From: Bdellovibrionales bacterium
GTDB taxonomy: Bacteria > Bdellovibrionota > Bdellovibrionia > Bdellovibrionales > DASUEL01
Direction: 5' to 3'
NCBI GenBank assembly: GCA_050250255.1
Contig: JBFWOZ010000006.1
Coordinates: forward strand, 30,887-94,886
DNA length: 64,000 bases
This document shows positions 17,838-27,443 of the stretch, in pieces (the first letter of the stretch is position 1; the number at the start of each line of letters is the position of its first letter). The translations under genes and the position numbers were made by a program. The notes under the pieces are model-generated. The model saw only the letters and a program-made list of their open reading frames with translations. It did no database searches and was not told where the DNA came from.

Positions 17838-18464
17838 ATGGGTATGTTTGAAATCATTTTTATTATCATCGGTATTATCGCCGTCACTGTGGCCTATGTT
17901 TATGTGTCACACCAGACCAAATTAATAGAGCGGCGCACTCAAGAGTCTTTGAAACAAAAAGGATACGTCATTGAAAAAGTGAGGCGACCGAACGTGGGTC
18001 GATTCACTCGCGCATGGAGTCGGTTTTCGCAAGCCGTACCGCTGTATTTACAAGTGTCCAACCAAGATGATGTGAGTATATTGGCGGGACGTTTAGGGAT
18101 TGCAGACGCCAAGATAGGACATGAGGAATTCGATAAAGCTTTTGTTGTACGCACGAATCAAATCGAACTTGCAAAGCGCGTATTGACCCCTGAATTGAGA
18201 GAAATCCTACTTCAAAAGCCCAACATTCGCTTTCGAACGGGCTCTCTCGACTCATTGTTATCTGTCGATTACTTCCCGCTGATTAAAACAGATCGTGATC
18301 TAAGAAATCTATGGATGATTGATCAGCTAGGAGATTTTGACGTAGCCGCTTCAGAAAAACTGTATCAACTTGGACTAACGATTTCTGAATCTGTGAAAAC
18401 CGTTTGTCAGTCCTCGCCCGTATCTCATTTGGAAATACGGACGAGTGCCTTTGAAGGACGATAG
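17838..18464 (+). CDS. Hypothetical single-TM protein
   Basis: Start re-placed at MGMFEIIFIII, followed by one TM and a soluble domain. Confidence 0.65.
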   Translation: MGMFEIIFIIIGIIAVTVAYVYVSHQTKLIERRTQESLKQKGYVIEKVRRPNVGRFTRAWSRFSQAVPLYLQVSNQDDVSILAGRLGIADAKIGHEEFDKAFVVRTNQIELAKRVLTPELREILLQKPNIRFRTGSLDSLLSVDYFPLIKTDRDLRNLWMIDQLGDFDVAASEKLYQLGLTISESVKTVCQSSPVSHLEIRTSAFEGR

Positions 18465-18472
18465 AAATCCGC

Positions 18473-18958
18473 TTAAAGTGTCGGGCAAGCGAAAGACAAA
18501 ATGCTCGTGAGTCTTTTTGTGCCTGTACGATATTTCGTTTTAATACTTCCCGCCCAGACCGATGGTTCGGTGTAGAAAATATTAATAGGCTCGCCGTTTC
18601 TATAAGCGTCTGCCTCATAGATCGTCGTCTGTGGTCCGCTCATGTCGTAACCACTTTCAAAACGTGCGCGTGTATCGATCGCCGCAATTTGTTCTTGAAG
18701 AATTTCCACTTCACGCCCGCCAATAGTGATATTTGTTTTTTCTGTTACTGTGAAATTTGGTTTCCCATCCACGTAATCTGTCTTCTCTATGAAAACACCT
18801 TCGGCTGTGATCACGCAAGCCTTTGAGGTATCCCACACCCATTTCCCATTCATTTCAAAAACGGTGCTTTGACGAAATTCCACCAGTCTCACACCCGTTG
18901 CATTCGCCGCACCCATAAGGAATGTTGTCGCCAAAAGAATATACAAAAAAAATTTCAT
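18473..18958 (-). CDS. Hypothetical secreted protein
   Basis: Signal peptide ending ANA, SD GGGAGG, two Cys. Confidence 0.75.
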   Translation of the reverse strand: MKFFLYILLATTFLMGAANATGVRLVEFRQSTVFEMNGKWVWDTSKACVITAEGVFIEKTDYVDGKPNFTVTEKTNITIGGREVEILQEQIAAIDTRARFESGYDMSGPQTTIYEADAYRNGEPINIFYTEPSVWAGSIKTKYRTGTKRLTSILSFACPTL

Positions 18959-18988
18959 GATTCCCTCCCAAGGAAGAACCGCCTTAAG

Positions 18989-19004
18989 AGCAAGAGCGAT
19001 GCCG
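18989..19004 (-). promoter_or_regulatory. sigma54 promoter
   Basis: Minus strand CGGCAT-CGCTC-TTGCT. Confidence 0.75.
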
Positions 19005-19256
19005 GAGAGAAAGGTGGTTTTGCTTAATAATTAATCAGTACTTTGAACAAAAGGATACTGATCGTGCGATGGCGCCCCGCGAGAATGGGCGCCGTTTAGC
19101 ACCAACAATTAATTGATAGGATTCTCGGAGTGAAAAGCGCAAGTCCACTTGCCGTTTTCACGCACCCAAGTTGAGACATCGAGCATGGGATATAATGTAG
19201 ATCAATTGCAAATCGCATGATTCAGGGAGTTTTTGGGGAAAAATGCCCTGAAGGAG

Positions 19257-20867
19257 TTAAGCAAAAAAATCGTCTTTAAGAAAATCTGGAGCTGGCGAAG
19301 AACTGCCCTTGCGGAAAGAGCTTCGTCTTTGGCGTTTAACGCTGCCGCCACCGCCACCTGCACCACTACCCGAGCGCTCTGAACGTTGCTCAGGACGATC
19401 GCGACGAGCTGAACGATCACCACGGTCACGACGATCTGGACCGCCACGGTAATCCCGGCGATCTGGTCCACCACTTCTTCCGCCGAATCTTCTTTCGCTT
19501 CGACGACTGTCTTCTCGAGGGGGGCGTTGAACGGCCTCTGTTGCGACCTGCAAAGGTTTTGCGGCAGCACGGCCATCAAAGAACTCTGGAGCGATCAAGT
19601 TGATAAAGCGGCCTACGATTTCTTCTGGAGACATTGTTGCGATAGCTTCTTTCCACTCTGGGCCCATCAATTCTATAACTCGACTGTAGTATTCTTGTTT
19701 TTGAAACTGCGGTAATAATTTTGAAACTCTTAATGCCGCCACATCTTTTCGTGACGGCAATTTTGCTTCTGTGATTCTCGTTTTTGTTAAACGCTCAAGC
19801 TTACCTACTAAATGCATATGACTTGGAGTCACGAGACTCAAAGCGATTCCTGATTTGCCCCCACGAGCAGTCCTACCGATACGGTGAACGTAGAGTTCTG
19901 ATTCGCGCGGGAGTGAGTAATTGATCACGTGAGTGATGTCTTTCACATCAAGGCCACGAGATGCGACGTCTGTACAAATCAAGAGACGAACCTTGCGGTC
20001 ACGAAACAACTGCATCGTTTTCTCTCGCGCTTTTTGATCTTTATCACCATGAAGACAATCAACCTTAATCCCTTTTTCGTTAAGATATTGGGTTAAATCG
20101 GTCACCATGGATTTTGTTTGGCAAAATACAAGTCCGTAAAAATCGTCAATCGATTCTAAGATACGACAGAGAATTTCAGGCTTATCGGATTCTTTCATTC
20201 GGTAAAAGATTTGCTCAACCGTTGTTGAAAGCATTTCTGTTCGATTCACCTGTACAATTTCTGGGTCTAATAAATAGGTATCCGCAACTCTTCGAACTTC
20301 GCGGCTCATTGTGGCTGAGAAAAGCCAGATGTTTCTTTCATCACCAGAGGCACCCTTAAGGATGGCCTCAAGATCTTCTTTGAAGCCCATGGAAATCATC
20401 TCATCGGCTTCATCTAAGATCACGGTTTTAACGGCATCAAGCTTCATGGTTCCGCGCTCAAGATGGTCAATCAAACGGCCAGGAGTTCCCACCACAATTT
20501 GAGCGCCGCTTTTCAGAGCATGAATTTGGTTACCGTATTCAGAGCCGCCATAAATCGCATGAGCGCGAATGTTTTTATATTTTCCGAGTAAATTAATTTG
20601 ACCAGTGACCTGAACCGCGAGTTCTCGTGTAGGACACATGATGAGTCCTTGCAGTTGCTTTTTCTGACTATCAATTTGCTCCAGGAGCGGAATACCAAAA
20701 GCTGCGGTCTTACCGGTTCCGGTTGCGGCAAGACCGATGAAGTCCGTTGGTCCTTTGAGTAAAATAGGAAGAGCTTGTTGCTGAATCGGACTTGGAGTAG
20801 TGAATCCAAGTTCTTGAATAGCTTTTTGGACTTCGACACTAAGATTTAATTCTTCAAATGATTTCAG
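19257..20867 (-). CDS. DEAD-box RNA helicase (DeaD/CsdA-like), CTG start
   Basis: Frame stays open 76 codons upstream of the tracked ORF and contains the Q motif (GFTTPSPIQ) and Walker A (ATGTGKT). Then PTRELA, DEAD, SAT, HRIGRTARGG, RG-rich tail. CTG at 20867 follows SD GAGGT and an in-frame TGA. Confidence 0.92.
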   Translation of the reverse strand: MKSFEELNLSVEVQKAIQELGFTTPSPIQQQALPILLKGPTDFIGLAATGTGKTAAFGIPLLEQIDSQKKQLQGLIMCPTRELAVQVTGQINLLGKYKNIRAHAIYGGSEYGNQIHALKSGAQIVVGTPGRLIDHLERGTMKLDAVKTVILDEADEMISMGFKEDLEAILKGASGDERNIWLFSATMSREVRRVADTYLLDPEIVQVNRTEMLSTTVEQIFYRMKESDKPEILCRILESIDDFYGLVFCQTKSMVTDLTQYLNEKGIKVDCLHGDKDQKAREKTMQLFRDRKVRLLICTDVASRGLDVKDITHVINYSLPRESELYVHRIGRTARGGKSGIALSLVTPSHMHLVGKLERLTKTRITEAKLPSRKDVAALRVSKLLPQFQKQEYYSRVIELMGPEWKEAIATMSPEEIVGRFINLIAPEFFDGRAAAKPLQVATEAVQRPPREDSRRSERRFGGRSGGPDRRDYRGGPDRRDRGDRSARRDRPEQRSERSGSGAGGGGGSVKRQRRSSFRKGSSSPAPDFLKDDFFA

Positions 20868-21053
20868 TCAGATACCTCTTGGTAAGGGGGAGGCGCAATA
20901 TAACACAACAGGCATTAAAACTTGTGGGAAAGATCCGTGTTTGAAAGTTCTGCACTCTTGATTACGCGCTCAACACCACTCTTTTCTCGAAGACGAATAG
21001 GCTTATAGCTCTTGAGCATTGCGAACAGACATCAAGCCGTGTTACCTACTCTT

Positions 21054-21524
21054 ATGGATTCCGCGACCTGCAAAACCTGCTTAAGGCCCAAGGCCACCCA
21101 CACTTGTGTGCTCTGTAAAGAGTCCACCTGTAAAAGCTGCGCGCGCCACGTTTCTGCCGACAGCTTTCCGCTGATGGGTGAAGTTCCCTCTAATCTTGTT
21201 GAAGGCTGGGCTTGTGGTGGTTGTTATGAAGAAAAAGTAGAGCCTGAGATTCAAAATTATAATTCAGAAGAACGACGAGCCAGGCAGATGTCCTTTTTCA
21301 ATAAAAATCAAAGTAAAGAATCTCGACTTTTTAAGCGGATCGCGACACCGATTCAGGTGCGGGATTGTGCCGACCGCGACGAAGCTCTTCTGAAGCTCGC
21401 ATATGCCGCCGTAAAATTAAATTACAATCTCATTGTCGATGTGGAACTGACTTCGGAAAAGGTTCGAAACGCCGGTTATCAAACTTGCCTCTGGCACGCG
21501 AAGGGCATCCCTACCAATGCCTAA
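21054..21524 (+). CDS. Hypothetical Cys-rich zinc-binding protein with YbjQ-like C-terminus
   Basis: Four CxxC pairs (CKTC, CVLC, CKSC, CGGC). C-terminal [22 protein letters not shown]. Confidence 0.65.
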   Translation: MDSATCKTCLRPKATHTCVLCKESTCKSCARHVSADSFPLMGEVPSNLVEGWACGGCYEEKVEPEIQNYNSEERRARQMSFFNKNQSKESRLFKRIATPIQVRDCADRDEALLKLAYAAVKLNYNLIVDVELTSEKVRNAGYQTCLWHAKGIPTNA

Positions 21525-21972
21525 GATTTTTATTGATGGCGATGGTTGTCCCGTCAAAGAAGAAACCTATAAAGTCGCCGCTCGCTACAAATTCAAAGTC
21601 ATTGTTGCTGCCAACAAGTGGATGAACCTGCCGGTAGATCCCAATATCGAAATGGTGGTTGTAGCGGGTGGCTTTGATGCCGCCGACGACTGGATCGTCG
21701 AAAATATTTTAGAAGACGACATCGTTATCACTGCTGATATCTTACTCGCCGACCGTTGTATCAAAAAGAAAGCTCGAGCACTTGGGCCTAAAGGCGAAGA
21801 GTTCACGGAAGACAACATTGGTAGTGCCGTAGCCACTCGAGAGCTCATGCAAAATTTGAGATACATGGGCGAAGTTAAAGGTGGTCCCGCGCCAATGGAT
21901 AAAAAAGCTCGTTCACAGTTTTTAGGAAAACTGGATCAGATCATTCAGGCTGTGCGCCGGAAGAATATATAG
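21517..21972 (+). CDS. YaiI/YqxD family protein (UPF0178)
   Basis: [36 protein letters not shown]. Confidence 0.92.
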   Translation: MPKIFIDGDGCPVKEETYKVAARYKFKVIVAANKWMNLPVDPNIEMVVVAGGFDAADDWIVENILEDDIVITADILLADRCIKKKARALGPKGEEFTEDNIGSAVATRELMQNLRYMGEVKGGPAPMDKKARSQFLGKLDQIIQAVRRKNI

Positions 21973-22033
21973 AAAATCAAATAACATGGTCTTTCCTGCT
22001 GGCAGCCACTCTATTGGTTATCAATCTAATTAA

Positions 22034-22069
22034 TTGCCTATTGCAATAGTTGCTATTGGCAAGTATAAT
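22034..22069 (+). promoter_or_regulatory. Leaderless sigma70 promoter overlapped by two TTGC-N5-GCAA boxes (probable MarR operator)
   Basis: TTGCAA-N17-TATAAT-N7-ATG(22077). Boxes at 22034-22046 and 22050-22062. Confidence 0.75.
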
Positions 22070-22076
22070 AAAAAAC

Positions 22077-22526
22077 ATGAAACCTTCAGATTTAGAATAT
22101 CACATAGGTTATTGGCTCCGTTTTGTCTCGAATCATGTTTCGTTTTCGTTTCGGGATCGAATCGCGACCTATGATGTAACGGTCGCCGAATGGGTTGCTC
22201 TACGCTCGCTTCATAATCGAGCGCCCTGTACTTTAGGTGATTTGTCTGAGCAGATCGGCATTGATTTAGGGGCTACTTCTCGCTTGGTGGAAAGACTCAT
22301 AAAGAAGAAGCTCGCTTCACGAAAGGTTTCGCCGGAGGATCGACGTTACGTGACGCTCGATCTCTCGCCTGCAGGAAAAAAACTTATTCCCAAACTTGCA
22401 AAAGAAGCTGATCACAATGATGCCCATTTTTTTAATTCTCTTAGCAAAGAAGACCAAAACCATCTTTTAAGAATTATGAAAAACCTAGTTAGAACCCACA
22501 AGCTCACAGAGAAACCCACACTTTAA
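22077..22526 (+). CDS. MarR-family regulator
   Basis: wHTH. SPEDRRYVTLDLSPAG wing. Confidence 0.92.
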   Translation: MKPSDLEYHIGYWLRFVSNHVSFSFRDRIATYDVTVAEWVALRSLHNRAPCTLGDLSEQIGIDLGATSRLVERLIKKKLASRKVSPEDRRYVTLDLSPAGKKLIPKLAKEADHNDAHFFNSLSKEDQNHLLRIMKNLVRTHKLTEKPTL

Positions 22527-22535
22527 GGAGAAGTT

Positions 22536-23159
22536 ATGCGAGTTGATCTCTACACTTTCATTCACAAAGCTCAACGCTTTCACCTCTTTCGGCTTTCTGA
22601 ACAAATTGGTGCTACAGATTTTAGTAATACGAGCGAGGCTGATCAAGTGGCCGAGCATGTTCTCGAACTCATGGAACATCTTAAGGATCACGCACAAAAC
22701 GAAAAGACTTACATTCACCCACTGTTTGAGGCGATTGGCCCTATCGGTGCCCACCTTGACAAGGAACATGAGGGTTTAGAAAAAGAAATCGAGAAGGTCG
22801 AACAAGTCATTGCAGCAAAACATTGGGCTAATCTTTATTCTTCCTACTCAAGATTTCTTGGTATTTATCTTCTTCATCTTGACGAAGAAGAGGCGGCCCA
22901 GCGAGATGTTTTATGGAAGCACTATGAGGATAAGGACTTGGCTGTTGTCTTCCAACGTTTTAAGTCGGAACGACCTGCAGCTCTCGCGAAAGCCGATTTT
23001 GAATTCATGCTCCCTGCTTTAAGCATTCCAGAACTTATACAGATGTTTAAAGGCATCAGGGCTTCTGCACCGGCCCCCGCCTTTGTGGGAGCCTGTGATG
23101 TCGCCTCCAAGATTTTAGAAATTAAAAAATGGCAGAAGATTGTAAATGCGATTTCTTAA
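22536..23159 (+). CDS. Hemerythrin-like (HHE) domain protein
   Basis: IHKA, HAQNE...HP, EHE, HLDEEE metal-ligand pattern. Confidence 0.82.
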   Translation: MRVDLYTFIHKAQRFHLFRLSEQIGATDFSNTSEADQVAEHVLELMEHLKDHAQNEKTYIHPLFEAIGPIGAHLDKEHEGLEKEIEKVEQVIAAKHWANLYSSYSRFLGIYLLHLDEEEAAQRDVLWKHYEDKDLAVVFQRFKSERPAALAKADFEFMLPALSIPELIQMFKGIRASAPAPAFVGACDVASKILEIKKWQKIVNAIS

Positions 23160-23167
23160 CTAATGGG

Positions 23168-24142
23168 TCACTTTCCACAGCCCCAAAGCCGTGGAAAGAA
23201 TCCAATGTGGAATAATTTATTTAGCGTCTTTTTTAATTTTTTACCAAGCTTTACCGTCACGCCAGCAAACCAGTCTTTGGCTCGAACAGATCCATCTTCG
23301 TTCGTTGCGAACGGTGATGTCTCTGGAACGTTTACGATGCCGTGATTCATGTAGTATTTGCGATCTTTTGATTCCACAAACAACTGCACTCTTTTCCCGA
23401 TATCAAGGCTTAAGGCACGGCGAATAACCTGAAGGCCATCACCTGTACCCATTAAAGTGCGGGTAGGCATAGAGTAGGGTTCAATTCTTAAACGAAGATT
23501 GTCGTTGAAAGCTCTGACTTCAACACCCGCCTCATAACCCATGGACAAATTAAAGATACCACCAACTACGTTTGAATCTTCAATTCCATCTGTTGTTTTT
23601 GAATATCCAAAATCCATCATGCTTCCAAGGAAACCGGCGTAGGCACGAGCACCCAAGAGGGAGCCTCCGAGCTCTGGACTGATAAATGTAAATCTCATCT
23701 TTGCAAGACCCACTTTATATCGCTGAGCCATGTTGACCGCAGTATCTCTTTGAATCGTCACCGGAGCGAGAGTCACTTCCATATAATATTTTGCAGGATT
23801 GTTTGATTCGCTGAGATTGATTGTATTTTGACCGCGAATGGGGCTGATTTGAATATCCGTGTATTCCATTTTTCCATCACGAAATCCAACTTCTGTCTCC
23901 GCTAAAAAGTAGGAATACTTAAAAAGCTCATCCTGTTGATCTTCAGGAGTACCTTTAGGATCCATAACGTTTGAGATAGGTTTTGCAAAGTTCACTTTAA
24001 TCAAAACACTTTCCGTCTGGGTACCAGTGCCGAACAAACCACTACCGACTTCTAAACGACGCTCTACCTGTTGCTGCCCGTGAGCTGTTGTTACAAAAGC
24101 ACTAAGAATACAAATAGCGCTGAGTGATTTTAAAAATGACAT
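23168..24142 (-). CDS. Hypothetical secreted beta-rich protein
   Basis: Signal peptide ending AHG. Amphipathic beta-strand character. Confidence 0.7.
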   Translation of the reverse strand: MSFLKSLSAICILSAFVTTAHGQQQVERRLEVGSGLFGTGTQTESVLIKVNFAKPISNVMDPKGTPEDQQDELFKYSYFLAETEVGFRDGKMEYTDIQISPIRGQNTINLSESNNPAKYYMEVTLAPVTIQRDTAVNMAQRYKVGLAKMRFTFISPELGGSLLGARAYAGFLGSMMDFGYSKTTDGIEDSNVVGGIFNLSMGYEAGVEVRAFNDNLRLRIEPYSMPTRTLMGTGDGLQVIRRALSLDIGKRVQLFVESKDRKYYMNHGIVNVPETSPFATNEDGSVRAKDWFAGVTVKLGKKLKKTLNKLFHIGFFPRLWGCGK

Positions 24143-24190
24143 AACACTTCCTTTTGTTTTTTGGTCTAACTGACTGTTCTCAAGACCCTT

Positions 24191-24206
24191 TGCGAGAAGT
24201 GTTCCA
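24191..24206 (-). promoter_or_regulatory. sigma54 promoter
   Basis: Minus strand TGGAAC-ACTTC-TCGCA. Confidence 0.6.
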
Positions 24207-24362
24207 GGACGGGCACTGTTAGATTGACGACAAGCACGTCGGCTGTGTCCTCGCTGTCGACATGGAGGTATTATTTATAATACAAATTATGATGGTTCGG
24301 CGAGTGTTCGCGACTAAATTCTTTGGCCGTCTAAGTAGTGAGACAGCCAGAATATGAGTCGA

Positions 24363-25904
24363 CTACTGCGCTCCGGGAACCTGATAGAACAAGTTCGCTC
24401 CCGGGCCGAGTGGCCAGCCCAGCATGATCCACACGAAGAGCATCACCGACCAGAAAAGTAGGAAGGCTAAAGAGTATGGAAGCATCAAAGCCATCACGGT
24501 TCCCACTCTCGCTTTGGGATCGTACTTGATCGCGAACGCCAAAATGAGAGGAAAATACGACATCAGTGGGGAAATAATATTCACAACGGAATCCGCAATA
24601 CGATAAGCCGCTTGCGTGAGCTCAGGAGCCGCACCGAGAAGCATAAACATCGGTACAAAAATCGGAGCCATGAGTGCCCACTTAGCCGACGCACTCCCAA
24701 TCACTAAATCGAGTAAACAAGTGAGAATGATAAACCCGATCATGAGAGGAATAATGCCGAGTCCCGTCTCCCTCAAGGCTTCAGAACCTTTCACCGCCAT
24801 GATCAACCCGATATTTGAAAAGTTAAAAAGAGCAATGAACTGAGAAGCAAAAAACACGAGCACCAAATACGGAGCCATTGTCACCATCGCATCTTGCATG
24901 GCATTCGTTACGGCATTGGGTTCTCGAAACGTCTTCGCTCCATAACTATAGGCAAGACCCGTCAACGCACCAAAAAGAAAAATCACCGTCACAATGCCTT
25001 TAAGAAGCGGGGAGTGAAATACATCCGTACTTGGATCTCTTAAAAAGCCAGCTTCGGGAATAATGCCCAAGGCAATCAAAAGACCGAGTGCTAAAGCCGT
25101 AAGCCCCGCATACTGAAGTCCCCGTTTTTCTTGTGCAGAAAGGGGCTTAAGACTTTCACGAGGTGCATCACCTTTATATTCTCCCGCAAAAGGAATGGTG
25201 ATTTTGTTCGCCACAAGCGTACCAATAGCAACGATCAAAAATGAAGACGTTGCCATAAAATACCAGTTCACCACGGGCGTTACCACATACTGATTGTCGA
25301 TGATACGCGCGGCCTCTTGAGAAATTCCTGAAAGGAGTGGATCGGCCGTACTCAAAAGAAGGTTGGCCGCAAAACCACCCGACACACCGGCAAAACAAAT
25401 CGCCAAGCCCGCTAGAGGATTCATCCCAACACTGTGAAAAGCCATTGCCGCAAGCGGAATCAAAAGCACGTAACCAATATCTCCCGCCGTATGAGAGAGA
25501 ATCCCTGCAAGTAAAATTGCCGGAGTTAAAAGTTTTCTGGGGGCGCTGGTCACGAGGAGTCTTAAGAGAGCCGGAAGAAGACCGCTTTTTTCTGCAATAC
25601 TAAAACCGAGCATGGCGACAAGCACCGTTCCAAGGGGCGCGAAGCTGGTGAAGTTTTTCACCATATCGGTAAGAAGCAAATGAAGTCCCGCGATGGAAAA
25701 AAGATTCGTCGCCCTAATGACTTCTTTTTTAACAGGGTGAAGGGCTTCAATTCCGAGACCACTTACGACCGCCGAAAGTAAAATCACAACTCCCGTTAAA
25801 ATGAGAAACAAGATGGCAGGATGAGGAAGTGCGTTTCCTACCTTTTCCACATAAAAAAGAAATTTTTGAAATTTGCTATCTGCTGTATTGGTTGTTTGTT
25901 CCAT
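24363..25904 (-). CDS. abgT: AbgT-family transporter
   Basis: VEKVGNALPHP, NFTSFAPLG, FAGVSGGFAAN, GSASAKW, QAAYRIADS, WPLGPG. SD GGAGG before ATG 25904. Confidence 0.92.
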   Translation of the reverse strand: MEQTTNTADSKFQKFLFYVEKVGNALPHPAILFLILTGVVILLSAVVSGLGIEALHPVKKEVIRATNLFSIAGLHLLLTDMVKNFTSFAPLGTVLVAMLGFSIAEKSGLLPALLRLLVTSAPRKLLTPAILLAGILSHTAGDIGYVLLIPLAAMAFHSVGMNPLAGLAICFAGVSGGFAANLLLSTADPLLSGISQEAARIIDNQYVVTPVVNWYFMATSSFLIVAIGTLVANKITIPFAGEYKGDAPRESLKPLSAQEKRGLQYAGLTALALGLLIALGIIPEAGFLRDPSTDVFHSPLLKGIVTVIFLFGALTGLAYSYGAKTFREPNAVTNAMQDAMVTMAPYLVLVFFASQFIALFNFSNIGLIMAVKGSEALRETGLGIIPLMIGFIILTCLLDLVIGSASAKWALMAPIFVPMFMLLGAAPELTQAAYRIADSVVNIISPLMSYFPLILAFAIKYDPKARVGTVMALMLPYSLAFLLFWSVMLFVWIMLGWPLGPGANLFYQVPGAQ

Positions 25905-26082
25905 CAAGATCCTCCACCACATTTATATGTAGTCGAAATTTTAATAACCGCTAGTAAAATTCCATCTGGTGCTAAAGTGACTTATTTTATAGCAGACCCA
26001 GACGCAAAAAAGACCTGTTACCTCTTGCAATGGTCACGCATTGACAATAAAGTCGCACTGAATTTGAAGAATTGGACAGCGA

Positions 26083-26181
26083 ATGAATCAACTTTGGATT
26101 GAGCCCGTAGGAAATATCATTATTGCGCGAGTGCGCGGCGTACCGACTGAAGTGCCCGCCGCCTTACGATGGTTCACCTAG
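26083..26181 (+). pseudogene. Possible 5' gene remnant (MNQLWIEPVGNIIIARVRGVPTE...)
   Basis: 32-codon ORF that reads like the start of a STAS/SEC14-like domain and then stops. Family assignment is from memory only. Confidence 0.35.
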
Positions 26182-26543
26182 TGATCGTTTCGGAATTCAC
26201 CCGAAAAGTGATGGATCAAATCCGCAAAATCCCTAAGGGGAAAGTCGCCACCTATAAACAAATTGCTGAACTTGCCAAGAAACCGTATGCCTCAAGAGGG
26301 GTTTCCTGGATTCTGCACTCCTGCTCCACAACTTACAAACTCCCTTGGCATCGCGTGATCAATTCTCAAGGAAAAATTTCTTTTGAGAAAGGAACATATA
26401 ATTTTCGCCAGCAAAAAAAGAAACTCGAGCAAGAAGGCGTTCTCCTTTCGACAGAGGGTCAACTGATTTTAAAGAAGTTTCAGTGGAAAAAACGTATCCC
26501 TAAGACAAGAAAAAAGAGCGGTTCTCCGAGTATGTTTCGTTAG
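26169..26543 (+). CDS. Alkyltransferase-like protein (ATL/MGMT family)
   Basis: IPKGKVATYKQIA and LPWHRVIN (Trp replaces the catalytic Cys). Confidence 0.9.
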   Translation: MVHLVIVSEFTRKVMDQIRKIPKGKVATYKQIAELAKKPYASRGVSWILHSCSTTYKLPWHRVINSQGKISFEKGTYNFRQQKKKLEQEGVLLSTEGQLILKKFQWKKRIPKTRKKSGSPSMFR

Positions 26544-26548
26544 CTCGG

Positions 26549-26564
26549 TGGAACTTATCTTGCA
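26549..26564 (+). promoter_or_regulatory. sigma54 promoter for yihY-like gene
   Basis: TGGAAC-TTATC-TTGCA. ATG 16 nt after the GC, no SD. Confidence 0.75.
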
Positions 26565-26579
26565 ATATTTAGCTCGATT

Positions 26580-27443
26580 ATGAAAACTCTTCGCTCAATA
26601 CTGTATAAAATCTCACAGCACGATATTTTGACTCACTCCGCGGCGCTGGCTCTATATACTGCGTTCTCTTTAGCCCCATTAATTATTTTGATGCTCTCAA
26701 TTCTTGCAACTCTGCAACTTGACTTACAAATTCAACTTTTAGCAAACGTTCAACAGCTAATGGGAACTGAAGCGGCTTCGGTACTCGATACGATTATTAA
26801 AAAATCTGAGGCGCGGGCTGATTTGTCATCCCTTGCGGGCTGGGTTGGCGTGATTACGCTACTTTTTTCAGCAAGTGCTATTTTTGCGCAACTGCAAAAT
26901 GCGATGAACGTTATTTTTGAATCCACCCCAGATACTCCAGCCAATATAAAATGGTATCATGAGGTTCGTCATATTGTTTTAAAGCGCATTGCTTCTTTTG
27001 GAATGGTTCTTTCTTTTGTGTTCTTATCCATTGTTTCGCTGGTGATTTCCTCTGCCCTTTCTTTTTTATTTTTAAATAATATTGGTCGCCTCGGCGAAAT
27101 CATCAATTTTAGTCTCAATCTCCTTGTTTTTACTCTTCTTTTTGGTGCCCTCTTTAAATGGATACCAGATAAAAGTATTCCCACAAAGTCGGCATTTGAG
27201 GGTGGTTTGCTCACCGCCCTCCTCTTCGTCATTGGAAAAGGAGTTATTGGTTTATATTTGGGTCAGACAGCCGTGGGCTCTGCCTATGGTGCGGCGGGGT
27301 CTTTGATTGTACTTTTGGTTTGGGTTTATTATTCATCTTTAATTGTATTTTTTGGAGCCGAGATTTGTGCTAAAAGAGCTTCATCGCAAAAAACTAAACT
27401 TAACTTGTTTTGGCTGAGAAACCATGTTAGCCCATCAACCTAA
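26580..27443 (+). CDS. YihY/BrkB family membrane protein
   Basis: AALALYTAFSLAP, SAYGAAGSLIVLLVWVYYSSLIVFFGAE. Confidence 0.92.
   Translation: MKTLRSILYKISQHDILTHSAALALYTAFSLAPLIILMLSILATLQLDLQIQLLANVQQLMGTEAASVLDTIIKKSEARADLSSLAGWVGVITLLFSASAIFAQLQNAMNVIFESTPDTPANIKWYHEVRHIVLKRIASFGMVLSFVFLSIVSLVISSALSFLFLNNIGRLGEIINFSLNLLVFTLLFGALFKWIPDKSIPTKSAFEGGLLTALLFVIGKGVIGLYLGQTAVGSAYGAAGSLIVLLVWVYYSSLIVFFGAEICAKRASSQKTKLNLFWLRNHVSPST

Noticed and set aside
20513..20839. 108-aa ORF suggesting a frameshifted helicase
   Set aside because: The helicase frame is continuous up to CTG 20867, so no frameshift is needed.
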